Assembly: GCA_003222275.1 (NCBI GenBank)
Contig: QHVJ01000150.1
Coordinates: 10,518 to 74,517 of the forward strand
Direction: 5' to 3'
Source of the DNA: Acidobacteriota bacterium
GTDB lineage: Bacteria; Acidobacteriota; Vicinamibacteria; Fen-336
Length of the DNA stretch: 64,000 nt
Numbering within the stretch: the stretch's first letter is position 1; each line of letters opens with the position of its first letter. The notes under the pieces are model-generated. The model was not told where the DNA came from and did not search any database. It worked only from the letters and a program-made list of their open reading frames with translations. Shown here piece by piece: positions 47,533 to 57,059 of the stretch. Position numbers and translations under genes: made by a program.

Positions 47533-48996
47533 TTATAGCCCGTGGCGCCGCTGCGCGCGCGTGCCCGCGACGAGCGCCGTGAGATCCATGACGTTCGTGC
47601 CCGTGGGCCCGGTGATGATCAGGTCGCCCAGCGGGCCGAGGAAGCTCCACGAGTCGTTGTCGTCCAGGAAGGCCGAGGCCGGCGCCAGCCCGAGCTGCCC
47701 GGCCCGGGCGAGCGTCCGGTCGTCCACCACCCCACCGGCCGCGTCGCTGTTTCCGTCGATGCCGTCGGTGGCCAGGCTCGCGATCACGGCGCCAACCGGA
47801 AACCCCGCCAGCGGCTCCGCCGCGGCGAGCACCAACTCCTGGTTGCGCCCGCCCCGGCCGGCCCCCTTCACCGTCACCGTCGTTTCACCGCCCGCAAGCA
47901 GGCACACGGGAGGCGCGGCGGGCCGGCCCTCCTCCACGCACTCCCGCAACATCGCCGTCAGCGCCCGGGCCACTTCCGCCGCCTCGCCTTCGAGGCGGGT
48001 GGTCAGCACGAGGGGGCGCAGGCCCTGCCGGCGCGCCTCGCGGGCGGCCGCGGCCACCGAGAGCCGGTTGCTGCCCACGACGTCGAAGGCCACCCGGCGG
48101 AAGAGGGGATCGCCCGGCTTGGGCGTCTCGGGCCGCTCGCCCCGCGCTCCCGCTTCGAGATGGCGCCGCACGGCGGCCGGCACCCTCTCGCGCACTCCCT
48201 TCCGCTCGAGCACCTCGAGGGCCGTGTCGTAGGTGGTGGGGTCGGGGGCGGCCAGGCCGGAGGCGATCGTCGATGGATCGTCGCCGACGACGTCGGAGAG
48301 CGCGAGACAGGCCACCCGCGCGGGGGCCGCCACCCGCACCAGCCCGCCGCCCTTGAGGCGGGAGAGGTGCTTGCGCACGGCGTTCAGCTCGGCGATGGTC
48401 GCGCCGGCGCGCAGGAGCGCGGCGGTGGTCCGCGCCTTGTCGTCGAGCGTGAGGCCCTCGGCCGGCGCGGGAAGGAGGGCCGAGGCGCCGCCGGAAACGA
48501 GCAGCAGCAGCAGGTCGTCGGGACCCAGGGAATGGGCGAGCGCCTCCACCTCGTCGGCGGCGCGGCGGCCGGCCTCGTCGGGGACGGGATGGCCGGCGAG
48601 CAGGCGGCGCGTCCGCGCGAGGGGAATGCGGTCGGACACGTCGACGGCCAGCGCATCGGAGAGGACGGGCCCGAGGACGTCCTCGGCGGCGCGGGCCATG
48701 GCGGAAGCCGCCTTGCCGGCGGCCACGAGGACGAGGCGTCCGTGGCCCACACGGTGGCGCCGCCGCGCCACCCGGAGGATACGACCGTTCAAGACCAGAT
48801 GGCGGCGGACGAGGCGGGCGGGATCGGCGGCGGCGAGACCGGCCGCGAGGACGGCGGCGGCGGCGCGGCGCAGGCGGGGACGGTCCCCGCGCCTGCTCAG
48901 TGTCCCTGACGCGGATCCAGCTCGCTGAGGCGGGTGAGCAGCTCGAAGTTCTGCAGCAGCGTCTCCGCCACGGCGGGGAAGTCGTCGCGACAGCAC
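47533..48996 (-). CDS. Glycerate kinase, MOFRL family (glycerate 2-kinase type)
   Basis: VAAGKAASAMARAAE N-terminal motif; MOFRL C-terminal domain GGETTVTVKG...GRGGRNQE. The start at 48996 overlaps the upstream small gene by 100 nt, so the true start is uncertain. Confidence 0.7.
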   Translation of the reverse strand: MLSRRLPRRGGDAAAELRAAHPPQRAGSASGTLSRRGDRPRLRRAAAAVLAAGLAAADPARLVRRHLVLNGRILRVARRRHRVGHGRLVLVAAGKAASAMARAAEDVLGPVLSDALAVDVSDRIPLARTRRLLAGHPVPDEAGRRAADEVEALAHSLGPDDLLLLLVSGGASALLPAPAEGLTLDDKARTTAALLRAGATIAELNAVRKHLSRLKGGGLVRVAAPARVACLALSDVVGDDPSTIASGLAAPDPTTYDTALEVLERKGVRERVPAAVRRHLEAGARGERPETPKPGDPLFRRVAFDVVGSNRLSVAAAAREARRQGLRPLVLTTRLEGEAAEVARALTAMLRECVEEGRPAAPPVCLLAGGETTVTVKGAGRGGRNQELVLAAAEPLAGFPVGAVIASLATDGIDGNSDAAGGVVDDRTLARAGQLGLAPASAFLDDNDSWSFLGPLGDLIITGPTGTNVMDLTALVAGTRAQRRHGL

Positions 48997-49199
48997 ACCT
49001 GGTCCAGGTCGGCCATGAGCTTGGTGCAGGCCCGTTTCATGACGGCGCGGTTGCCTTCGTTCACCAGCCCGTTCAGCTCGAGCTGCTCGAGGTGCCGGAG
49101 GAACTCTTCACGGTAGAAGTCGGAAAGGGCCGCTCGTACGGCAGGGTCGCTCTTCTCTGATCCCACGTCTCCTCCGCAAACGGTTCGAATTGTACTCAT
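48897..49199 (-). CDS. Small conserved hypothetical protein
   Basis: Protein-like composition (DFYREEFLRHLEQLELNGLVNEGNRAVMKRACTKLMADLDQV). Start taken at the MSTIRT Met; no family recognised. Confidence 0.35.
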   Translation of the reverse strand: MSTIRTVCGGDVGSEKSDPAVRAALSDFYREEFLRHLEQLELNGLVNEGNRAVMKRACTKLMADLDQVCCRDDFPAVAETLLQNFELLTRLSELDPRQGH

Positions 49200-49242
49200 C
49201 GTAGCCAACGCCGGCAGGGCTGTCAATTTTTGTGTCGACGCC

Positions 49243-50268
49243 TCATCCCAGCGGCAGATGGGGCTCGGCGTCGAGGTCCCACCCCGCGCGTACGCCCTTG
49301 CGGAACGCGACCTCGCCCGCCGCCGCGATCATCGCCGCGTTGTCGGTCGAGAGCGCGATCGGCGGCGCGAAGAGCGGCCGCCCGAGCTCCTCGGCGGCGC
49401 GCGCGGCCTCGCGGCGGAGCAGGCTGTTGGCGGCAACGCCGCCCGTCAGGATCAGGCTGGCCGGACAGCGCTCCTCCGCGGCCCGGCGCAGGCGCCGCAC
49501 GAGGGCGGTGACGACCGCGCGCTGGAACGAAGCGACGAGGTTCTTCACCTCGTCGGGCACGCGCGCCGGATCGGACACGGGAGCGATCCCGTTCTTGCGC
49601 ACGTGATGCAGCACGGCCGTCTTGATCCCGCTGAAGGAGAAGTCGGCCTTGCCGTCCTTGATCCGGGCCACCGTGAACTCCACCGCCCGGTCGTCGGCCC
49701 CCTGGGCCAGGCGGTCGATGACCGGCCCCCCGGGATAGCCCAGGCCGAGCAGCTTCGCCACCTTGTCGAACGCTTCGCCCGCGGCGTCGTCGCGGGTGCG
49801 GCCGAGCAGGTGGAACTCGCCCTCCGCGGGCACCTCGAAGAGGCTCGTGTGGCCGCCGGAGACGACGAGGGCGAGCGCGGGCAGCCGCACCGCGCCCGCA
49901 TGGGCGAGGAACGGGGCCTGGAGGTGGCCCGCGATGTGGTGCACGGGAACGAGCGGCTTGCCATGGACGTAGGCGAGGCCCTTGGCCGCCTGCACGCCCA
50001 CGAGCAGCGAGCCGACGAGCCCCGGCCCCTGCGTCACCGCCACTGCGTCGAGGGCCGCGTACTCCATCGCCGCCTCGGCCATCGCGCTCGAGATGACGGG
50101 GCAGATGTTCTCGATGTGGTGGCGGGAGGCGAGCTCGGGCACCACGCCCCCGAAGGGCGCGTGGATGGCGGCCTGGCTGGAGACGATGCTGGACAGGATG
50201 CGGGTCCCGTCCTCCACCACCGCCGCCGCCGTCTCGTCGCAGGACGTCTCGATACCGAGGATGCGCAT
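49243..50268 (-). CDS. tsaD: tRNA N6-adenosine threonylcarbamoyltransferase TsaD
   Basis: MRILGIETSCDETAAAVV; HHIAGH metal-binding motif; Kae1/TsaD family. Confidence 0.9.
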   Translation of the reverse strand: MRILGIETSCDETAAAVVEDGTRILSSIVSSQAAIHAPFGGVVPELASRHHIENICPVISSAMAEAAMEYAALDAVAVTQGPGLVGSLLVGVQAAKGLAYVHGKPLVPVHHIAGHLQAPFLAHAGAVRLPALALVVSGGHTSLFEVPAEGEFHLLGRTRDDAAGEAFDKVAKLLGLGYPGGPVIDRLAQGADDRAVEFTVARIKDGKADFSFSGIKTAVLHHVRKNGIAPVSDPARVPDEVKNLVASFQRAVVTALVRRLRRAAEERCPASLILTGGVAANSLLRREAARAAEELGRPLFAPPIALSTDNAAMIAAAGEVAFRKGVRAGWDLDAEPHLPLG

Positions 50269-50283
50269 GGCTAGGCCAATGGT

Positions 50284-50398
50284 CTTTCAACGCAGAGGCC
50301 GCAGAGGAACGCAGAGGCCGCAGAGAACAGTGACGTCATTTCCCTTTCTCTGCGTCCTCGAACCGGGTTGCCTTCTCTGCGTTCTCTGCGTTGAAAGG
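50284..50398. repeat. GC-rich palindromic MITE-like element, family CGCAGAGG (copy 3, 14-bp perfect TIR CTTTCAACGCAGAG)
   Basis: ctttcaacgcagaggccgcagaggaacgcagaggccgcagag ... ctctgcgttctctgcgttgaaagg. Lies between the mtnA 3' end and the tsaD start. The mtnA stop codon and last ~21 codons lie inside the element. Confidence 0.6.
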
Positions 50399-51448
50399 CA
50401 ATGCGGCGATCCGGGCCAGGCTCTCGGTGTAGGGCTCCCGGGCGATTCCGTTCTCGGTGATGATCGCGCTGACGTAGCGGTGGGGCGTGACGTCGAACGC
50501 GGGATTGCGCACCGCGACGCCTTCGGGGGCCATGCGCCGCCCGCCGTGGTGGGTCACCTCCGCGGCCGCCCGCTCCTCGATGGGAATGCCGTCGCCCGAG
50601 GGAGTGGCGAGGTCGATCGTGGAGACGGGCGCGGCCACGTAGAAGGGCAGGCCGTTCTCGTGGGCGAGGACGGCCACGGTGTAGGTGCCGATCTTGTTCG
50701 CGACGTCCCCGTTGGCGGCGATGCGGTCGGCTCCCACCACCACCGCGTCCACCTCTCCCCGCGCCATGAGGTGGCCGGCCATGCTGTCGGCGATGAGCGT
50801 GGTGGCGATCCCGTCCTGGGCCAGCTCCCATGCCGTCAGCCGCGCGCCCTGCAGGTGGGGACGGGTCTCGTCGGCGAAGACGTTCACCACCTTGCCCTGC
50901 CGCGCCGCGGAGCGGATCACCCCGAGGGCGGTGCCGTAACCTGCCGTCGCCAGCGCCCCCGCGTTGCAGTGGGTCAGGAGCCGGGCCCGAGGTGGGATCA
51001 GCTCCGCTCCGATGTCGCCCATGCGCCGGCACGCGGCGAGGTCCTCGGACTGCATCGCCAGCGCCTCGTCGAGCAGCGCCTGCCTGACGGCGGCGCCGCC
51101 GCGAGCCTGCTCGGTCTCGAACCGGCGGCGCATCCGCGCGATGGCCCAGAACAGGTTGATGGCGGTCGGGCGCGTGGACGCGAGCTCCTGGCAGATGCCG
51201 TCGAGCTCGGCGCGCAGCGCGGGCCCTTCCCCCGCCGCGTTGCGCACGCCCAGGGCGATGCCGAAGGCCGCGGCCACGCCGATGGCGGGCGCGCCCCGGA
51301 TGGCCATGTCCTTGATCGCGGCCGCCACCTCCGCGTGGCTCCGGCAGCGGATCATCACCTGCTCGGCGGGCAGCCGCCGCTGGTCGATGAGCACCACTTC
51401 GCCGTCCTGCCACTCCACGGTGGGGACCATTCGAGGATCGTAATGCAA
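50336..51448 (-). CDS. mtnA: S-methyl-5-thioribose-1-phosphate isomerase MtnA (eIF-2B alpha/beta/delta family)
   Basis: [16 protein letters not shown]-terminus and eIF2B-like Rossmann core. The start may be Met7 (51430). The C-terminal ~21 residues are encoded by the repeat element. Confidence 0.8.
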   Translation of the reverse strand: MHYDPRMVPTVEWQDGEVVLIDQRRLPAEQVMIRCRSHAEVAAAIKDMAIRGAPAIGVAAAFGIALGVRNAAGEGPALRAELDGICQELASTRPTAINLFWAIARMRRRFETEQARGGAAVRQALLDEALAMQSEDLAACRRMGDIGAELIPPRARLLTHCNAGALATAGYGTALGVIRSAARQGKVVNVFADETRPHLQGARLTAWELAQDGIATTLIADSMAGHLMARGEVDAVVVGADRIAANGDVANKIGTYTVAVLAHENGLPFYVAAPVSTIDLATPSGDGIPIEERAAAEVTHHGGRRMAPEGVAVRNPAFDVTPHRYVSAIITENGIAREPYTESLARIAALPFNAENAEKATRFEDAEKGK

Positions 51449-51621
51449 TTCGGGGGGGTAAGAGCATGCGAAAGCACCCCCCCGCGCGCATTCGCGCTCC
51501 CCCCCAAGTCGCTGACTCGAGTGCAGACCGAGCGTAGCGAGGTCCCGCGGGCGCGGCTCCGCTCGGCGGAGGCGCGCAGCAATCGCTTCGCTCGCTGCTA
51601 CGTGCTACCTGCTCCATCTTC

Positions 51622-52893
51622 TTGTTCCTTGCGTGTACCGATAGAATGGTTGTGGGGTACAGAGCGGTGATTCTCGTCGACAAGGCATTGGAGATCGTTT
51701 TGGGCCATACCCCGGTGCTGCCCGCCGAGGAGGTCGACCTCCCGAGCGCCGTCGGCCGCGTCCTCGCCGAGGATGTCCACGCGGACCTCGACATGCCCCC
51801 CTTCGACCGCTCGGCGATGGACGGCTATGCGGTGCGGGCGGCCGACGTCGCCCGCGCGCCCGTCGTCCTCGACGTGGTGGGTCAGATCCGCGCCGGCCAC
51901 TGGCCCGACCGCGCGCTCGAGCCGGGACAGGCGATCCAGATCATGACCGGAGCCCCGGTGCCGGCGGGAGCGACCGCCGTGCAACCGGTGGAGAAGACGC
52001 GTCCGGTGGAGGGGGGCCGGCGGGTGGAGATGCTCGCGCCGGTCGAGCCGGGCGCCCACATCGCGCGGCAGGGCGCCGAGGTGCGGGCGGGTGACCGGCT
52101 GGTGGAGCGCGGCCGCACGATCGATCCCGCCACGGTGGCGGTGCTGGCCGCGGCCGGCAAGGGGCGCCTGCGAGTGGGCCGGCGCCCGACCCTCGCGATG
52201 CTCGTCACGGGGGACGAGCTCGTCGACGTGTGGGAAACGCCCAGCCGCGGGCGGATCCGCAACAGCAATGGGTACGCGGTGATGGCCCAGGCGCGGTGGG
52301 CGGGGGCGGAAGCGCGGTCGCTGGGGGTGGTGCCGGACGTCTCCGAACGCATCGCGGACGCGGTTCGGGACGGCTTCCGCGACGACGTACTCGTGATCTC
52401 CGGCGGCGTCTCCGAGGGAGCGTACGACCTCGTGGAGGAGGTCCTCGCCCAGTTCGACGTGGGGCTCCTCTTCACCAAGGTCGCGATCAAGCCGGGCGCG
52501 CCCCTCGTCTTCGGGCGGCGGGGAGACAAGCTCGTCTTCGGGCTGCCCGGAAACCCGGTCTCCGCCCAGGTGACCTTCGACGTGTTCGTGCGCGCCGCCC
52601 TGCTCCGCATGCAGGGGGCGACGGTCGTGTCCCGGCCCCGAGTCGAGGTCGAGCTGCTCGACTCCGTGAAGAACCGCTCCGGCCGCCAGGCCCACTCGCC
52701 GGCCCGCGTCGCGTTCGAGGCCGGCCGGCTCGTGGCCCGGCCGCTCGCCTCGCAGGGCTCGGCGGACGTGGTCGCGCACGCCCAGGCCAACGCCCTCGTC
52801 ATCCTCGAGGCGGGCCAGCTCCGGGCCGAGGCCGGCGAGAAGGTTCCCGCCCTGCTGCTGGGCAATTTCCTGGAGCGCGACGGTTCCGCGTAG
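51622..52893 (+). CDS. moeA: Molybdopterin molybdotransferase MoeA
   Basis: MoeA N- and C-domains; MoCF biosynthesis GGVSEG motif ([11 protein letters not shown]); PGNPVSA. The start may be Met9 (51646). Confidence 0.85.
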   Translation: MFLACTDRMVVGYRAVILVDKALEIVLGHTPVLPAEEVDLPSAVGRVLAEDVHADLDMPPFDRSAMDGYAVRAADVARAPVVLDVVGQIRAGHWPDRALEPGQAIQIMTGAPVPAGATAVQPVEKTRPVEGGRRVEMLAPVEPGAHIARQGAEVRAGDRLVERGRTIDPATVAVLAAAGKGRLRVGRRPTLAMLVTGDELVDVWETPSRGRIRNSNGYAVMAQARWAGAEARSLGVVPDVSERIADAVRDGFRDDVLVISGGVSEGAYDLVEEVLAQFDVGLLFTKVAIKPGAPLVFGRRGDKLVFGLPGNPVSAQVTFDVFVRAALLRMQGATVVSRPRVEVELLDSVKNRSGRQAHSPARVAFEAGRLVARPLASQGSADVVAHAQANALVILEAGQLRAEAGEKVPALLLGNFLERDGSA

Positions 52894-52942
52894 GCGTACG
52901 GTCCCGCGGCTCACCCACCTCGACGCCGGCGGGGCGGCGCGC

Positions 52943-53371
52943 ATGGTCGACGTGTCCGCCAAGCCGGTCACGAGCCGCGAGGCGGTGGCGCGGTGCCGCA
53001 TCCGCATCGCTCCCGCCGCCCTGCGCCTGGCGCTCAGCGGGCGGCTCCCGAAAGGGGGCGTGGCCGAGGTGGCCCGCCTGGCCGGGATCCTGGCCGCCAA
53101 GCGCACGGCCGAAGCCATCCCCCTCTGTCACCCGTTGCCCCTCACCCTCGTCGACGTCGACGTGCGGCCCCGCCGGGACGGCTTCGAGATCGAGGCCCGC
53201 GTCCGCACGGAGGCCCGCACGGGCGCGGAGATGGAGGCGCTCCACGCGGTGGCCGTGGCCGCCCTCACCGTCTACGACATGGTCAAGGCCGCGGACAAGA
53301 CGATGACCATCACCGACATCAGGCTGGTGAAGAAAACCGGAGGCAAGAGTGGGGCTTACATCCGGCGATAG
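52943..53371 (+). CDS. moaC: Cyclic pyranopterin monophosphate synthase MoaC
   Basis: MVDVSAK...[15 protein letters not shown]...GAEMEAL...DMVKA. The in-frame upstream codons encode [11 protein letters not shown], matching the conserved MoaC N-terminus, but contain no ATG/GTG/TTG. The listed start is therefore a minimum. Confidence 0.8.
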   Translation: MVDVSAKPVTSREAVARCRIRIAPAALRLALSGRLPKGGVAEVARLAGILAAKRTAEAIPLCHPLPLTLVDVDVRPRRDGFEIEARVRTEARTGAEMEALHAVAVAALTVYDMVKAADKTMTITDIRLVKKTGGKSGAYIRR

Positions 53372-54389
53372 GCGCGCGGGAAGGACGTGGCCGACGCTGC
53401 TCGGAGTCGTCGCCGCCGCGGCCGCGCTCGCGACAGGACGGGCGGACGCGCAACCCGCGAACGCCGCGCCCAATCCCTACCGCACGGTGGAGGGCTGGGC
53501 GAAGATGCCCGAGGGGCGGACGTGGGGCGCGACGAGCGCGGTCGACGTCGCCCGCGACGGCCGGTCCATCTGGGTCGCGGAGAGATGCGGCGCCAACACC
53601 TGTGCCGGCTCGACCCTGCCCGCGGTCCTGCTGTTCGACGAGTCGGGCCGGCTCCAGAAGAGCTTCGCCGCGGGGGTCTTCGTCTTTCCCCACGGCATCC
53701 ACGTCGATCGGGGCGGGAACGTCTGGGTGACCGACGCGCGGGGCCGCGACGGGAAGGGGCACCAGGTCTTCAAGTTCAGCGCGGACGGGAAGCTGCTGCT
53801 GACGCTGGGCAAGGCGGGCGTCACCGGCGAGGGTCCCGACGTCTTCAATCAGCCCTCCGACGTGGCGGTCGCCGCCAACGGCGACGTCTTCGTGGCCGAC
53901 GGCCACGACGAGAACTCCAACGCGCGCATCGTGAAGTTCACCAAGGACGGCAGGTTCATCAAGACATGGGGCAAGCGGGGGACGGCCGCGGGCGAGTTCG
54001 ACACGCCGCACGCGCTGGCCTTCGATTCACGCGGGCGGCTCTTCGTGGCCGACCGCGGCAACAACCGCATCCAGATCTTCGACCAGGAGGGTAAGTTCCT
54101 CGAAGAGTGGAAGCAGTTCAGCCGGCCGAGCGGGATCTACATCGACAAGCACGACGTGATCTACGTGGCCGACTCCGAGTCCAACCGCAAGACCAACCCG
54201 GGCGGGAAGCGAGGCATCCGCGTGGGCAGCGCGAAGGACGGCAAGGTCACGGCGTTCATCCCCGACCCGGAGCCGGACCCGGAGAAGGTGGTCACGAGCG
54301 GGTCGGAGGGCGTCGCGGCCGACGCCCAGGGCAACGTCTACGGCGCGGAGGTCGGCCCGCGTGCCCTCAAGAGATACGTGAAGAAGTAG
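53349..54389 (+). CDS. Secreted NHL-repeat (six-bladed beta-propeller) protein
   Basis: GTG start with RBS GGAGG; signal peptide. Repeated NHL-like blades ([40 protein letters not shown]). Confidence 0.7.
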   Translation: MGLTSGDRRAGRTWPTLLGVVAAAAALATGRADAQPANAAPNPYRTVEGWAKMPEGRTWGATSAVDVARDGRSIWVAERCGANTCAGSTLPAVLLFDESGRLQKSFAAGVFVFPHGIHVDRGGNVWVTDARGRDGKGHQVFKFSADGKLLLTLGKAGVTGEGPDVFNQPSDVAVAANGDVFVADGHDENSNARIVKFTKDGRFIKTWGKRGTAAGEFDTPHALAFDSRGRLFVADRGNNRIQIFDQEGKFLEEWKQFSRPSGIYIDKHDVIYVADSESNRKTNPGGKRGIRVGSAKDGKVTAFIPDPEPDPEKVVTSGSEGVAADAQGNVYGAEVGPRALKRYVKK

Positions 54390-54454
54390 GCGTTCCCAAA
54401 TTGCAAGGCTGCGAGCGAAGCGCGATTCACTCGCGCGCAGCGAGCGGGGGGTCT

Positions 54455-54479
54455 GGGGGGGTGCGCCGCTAGCACCCCC
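54455..54479. terminator. GC-rich hairpin (GGGGGGTGC-7nt-GCACCCCCC) between convergent NHL genes; part of the G-run repeat family
   Basis: 9-bp perfect stem with a 7-nt loop in a 94-bp convergent intergenic region. No obvious U-tract, so possibly a bidirectional factor-independent or Rho-assisted terminator. Confidence 0.35.
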
Positions 54480-54483
54480 CAGC

Positions 54484-55683
54484 TCACTTGACGCCCCAGG
54501 GCGTCCCCTGGTCCGGCTTCACCGGCCCGAGACCCTTGTAGACGAACTTCTGCAGGCGCTTCCCTTCGTAGGTCTCGGTGGTGTAGATGTTCCCCTTCGA
54601 ATCGGTGGCGATGCTGTGAACGCCGAAGAACTGGCCCGGCTGGCGCCCGCCGTCGCCGAACGCCGTGAGGATCTTCAGCGTGTCGCGGTCGAGGATGTAG
54701 ACCTTCTCGTTCTTGCCGTCGGCGAGGTAGAGGTACTTCTGCCGGGGATCCTTCGAGAAGGCGATGTCCCAGACCGAGCCGTCGCCCAGCGTCTTCTTCG
54801 CGATGAACGTCTCCTTCACGAAGCTCCCGTCCTTCTGGAACACCTGGATGCGGTCGTTCGGGCGGTCGCAGACGTACAGGAGGCCGTCGTTCGCCAGCTC
54901 CGCGCAGTGGACCGGCGTGCGGAACTGCTGAGCGGGCAGGGCCGCGGGGTCGTAGTTCCCCAGGTCCGTGTCGTCGGGCTTGTGGCCGTAGGCGCCCCAG
55001 TAGCGCTTGAACTTCCCGGTGTCGGCGTCGATCACCACCACCCGCTTGTTGCCGTAGCCGTCGGCGATGTACGCCTCGTTGGCCTTCGGATCGACGAAGA
55101 TCTTCGCGACCTGGCCGAAGTTCTCCATGTCGTTGCTGCCCTTGCCCTGGCCCTGGTGCCCGAACTGCATCAGGAACTTCCCGTCGCGCGTGAACTTCAC
55201 GACGTGGGCATCGCCCTTGGCGTTGCCGCCGATCCAGACGTTGCCCTTGTCGTCGGCGGTGATGCCGTGGTTCGAGGCGGGCCATTCGTAGCCCGGCCCG
55301 GGGCCGCCCCAGTGCCCGACCAGGTTCCCGGCCGGATCGAACTCCAGGATGGGCGGCGCGGGCAGGCAGCAGTCCTCCGCGCTCGGCGGGGTCGAGGCGA
55401 GGCCGATCTCCGTCCGCGCGTTGAGCGTGCCCGCGCCTCGATGGACGATGAACACGTGGTCACGCGCGTCCACCGAGACGCCCACGGCGGAGCCCAGGAC
55501 CCAGTGGTTCGGCAGGGGCTTCGGCCACAGCGGGTCCACTTCGAACCGCGGCGCCTGGACCGCGCCCGCCGCTTGCGCGGCCGCCTTCGCCGCGAGCGCC
55601 GCCTGGCCGGCGCCGAGGGCGGCGAGCACGGCGAGGAACGACGCTCCCACGAGGACGTTGTGCGTCTGCCTCGATCGTGCCAT
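54484..55683 (-). CDS. Secreted NHL-repeat beta-propeller protein (second, convergent)
   Basis: Signal peptide; NHL blades (VFIVHRG, VWIGGNAKGD, AYIADGYGN, LYVCDRPNDRIQVF, LYLADGKNEKVYILD, IYTTETYEG). Confidence 0.7.
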   Translation of the reverse strand: MARSRQTHNVLVGASFLAVLAALGAGQAALAAKAAAQAAGAVQAPRFEVDPLWPKPLPNHWVLGSAVGVSVDARDHVFIVHRGAGTLNARTEIGLASTPPSAEDCCLPAPPILEFDPAGNLVGHWGGPGPGYEWPASNHGITADDKGNVWIGGNAKGDAHVVKFTRDGKFLMQFGHQGQGKGSNDMENFGQVAKIFVDPKANEAYIADGYGNKRVVVIDADTGKFKRYWGAYGHKPDDTDLGNYDPAALPAQQFRTPVHCAELANDGLLYVCDRPNDRIQVFQKDGSFVKETFIAKKTLGDGSVWDIAFSKDPRQKYLYLADGKNEKVYILDRDTLKILTAFGDGGRQPGQFFGVHSIATDSKGNIYTTETYEGKRLQKFVYKGLGPVKPDQGTPWGVK

Positions 55684-55736
55684 GGTCTCTTTCCTCGAAG
55701 GGCGGCAGTATACACTCGCGCCGTATCGCGCAACCC

Positions 55737-57059
55737 ATGAGAACGCGTCTGCTTCTCGCGCTGCCGGCCGCGCTGGCCTTCGGGCTCGCGCCGCCGGCGT
55801 CCCCCCACGACATCGCGCCGGACGTGGCCGTGCAGGCGTTCCTCAAGCCGGAGGGCCAGCGCCTGCGCCTGCTTGTCCGCACGCCGCTCGCCGCCCTGCG
55901 GGACGTGGTCTACCCGACGCGCGGGCCGGTGTACCTGGACATCGCGCGAGCCGATCCGTCGCTGCGGGACGCCGCCAACCTCTGGATCGCCGGCGCGGTC
56001 GAGCTCTACGAGGAGGACGAGCGCCTGCCCTCCCCGCGCATCGTCACCGTGCGCGTGTCGCTGCCCTCCGACCGCAGCTTCGGAAGCTACGAGGAGGCGC
56101 TGGAGCACGTCACGGGCCCGCCCCTGCCCGACGACACCGAGATCTACTGGAGCCAGGCGATGCTCGACGTGCTGTTCGAGTATCCGATCCGTTCCGAGGG
56201 CTCCCGCTTCTCGATCCATCCCGCGCTCGGCCGTCTCGGCCTGCGCGTGGTCACCGCGCTCCGGTTCCTGCCCCCCGGCGGCGCGGTGCGCGCGTTCGAG
56301 CTCGAGGGCGATCCGGGCCTCGTCCGTCTCGATCCGCGCTGGCACCAGGCCGCGCTCCGGTTCGTCGGGCTGGGCTTCCGGCACATCCTCGACGGCACCG
56401 ACCATCTCCTCTTCCTGCTGTGCCTGGTGATCCCGTTCCGGCGGCTGCGCGCGCTCGTGCTCGTCGTCACCTCGTTCACCGCCGCGCACTCGATCACGCT
56501 GATCGCGTCGGCGTTCGGTCTCGCGCCGGACGCGCTCTGGTTCCCGCCCCTCGTCGAGACCCTGATCGCGGCCTCCATCGTCTACATGGCGCTCGAGAAC
56601 ATCGTCGCCCCCCAGCTGCGCCGCCGATGGATCATCACGTTCGCATTCGGCCTCGTCCACGGGTTCGGCTTCTCGTTCGCCCTCCGGCAGACGCTGCAGT
56701 TCGCCGGATCGCACCTGCTGACGTCGCTGCTGTCCTTCAACGTCGGGGTCGAGCTCGGGCAGCTCCTGGTCCTGCTGGTGCTGGTTCCGGCCCTCGATCT
56801 CCTCTTCCGCCGCGCAGTGCCCGAGCGGACGGGGACCATCGTGCTGTCCGCTCTCGTGGCCCACACGGCCTGGCACTGGATGATCGAGCGCTGGGACCGG
56901 CTCCGGCAGTTCCGCTTCCCGTGGCCGGCGCTGGACGCCGCGCTGCTGGCGAGCACGATGCGCGGGCTGATGGTGGTGGTCGTAGCGGCAGGGCTCGTCT
57001 GGCTGGTGCGCAGCGTGGTGCGGCCCGCCCGGCGGCGCGTCGCCAAGGAGGTCGAATGA
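55737..57059 (+). CDS. HupE/UreJ-family membrane protein (putative Ni/Co transporter) with N-terminal periplasmic domain
   Basis: Start MRTRLLLALPAALAFGLA (signal peptide). HupE/UreJ_2 signature HILDGTDHLLFLLCLV and second half FGLVHGFGFSF. Confidence 0.7.
   Translation: MRTRLLLALPAALAFGLAPPASPHDIAPDVAVQAFLKPEGQRLRLLVRTPLAALRDVVYPTRGPVYLDIARADPSLRDAANLWIAGAVELYEEDERLPSPRIVTVRVSLPSDRSFGSYEEALEHVTGPPLPDDTEIYWSQAMLDVLFEYPIRSEGSRFSIHPALGRLGLRVVTALRFLPPGGAVRAFELEGDPGLVRLDPRWHQAALRFVGLGFRHILDGTDHLLFLLCLVIPFRRLRALVLVVTSFTAAHSITLIASAFGLAPDALWFPPLVETLIAASIVYMALENIVAPQLRRRWIITFAFGLVHGFGFSFALRQTLQFAGSHLLTSLLSFNVGVELGQLLVLLVLVPALDLLFRRAVPERTGTIVLSALVAHTAWHWMIERWDRLRQFRFPWPALDAALLASTMRGLMVVVVAAGLVWLVRSVVRPARRRVAKEVE

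Noticed and set aside
49181-49195. GGTTCGAAT T-loop-like motif (possible tRNA)
   Set aside because: The flanking 70 nt cannot be folded into an acceptor/D/anticodon cloverleaf by eye. It lies in the 5' region of a small protein-coding ORF.
51449-51621. Possible Moco riboswitch in the 173-bp region upstream of moeA
   Set aside because: A long structured GC-rich leader precedes molybdopterin genes, but I cannot verify the Moco RNA motif consensus by eye. The region is dominated by the G-run hairpin repeat, so it needs a covariance-model scan (Rfam RF01055).
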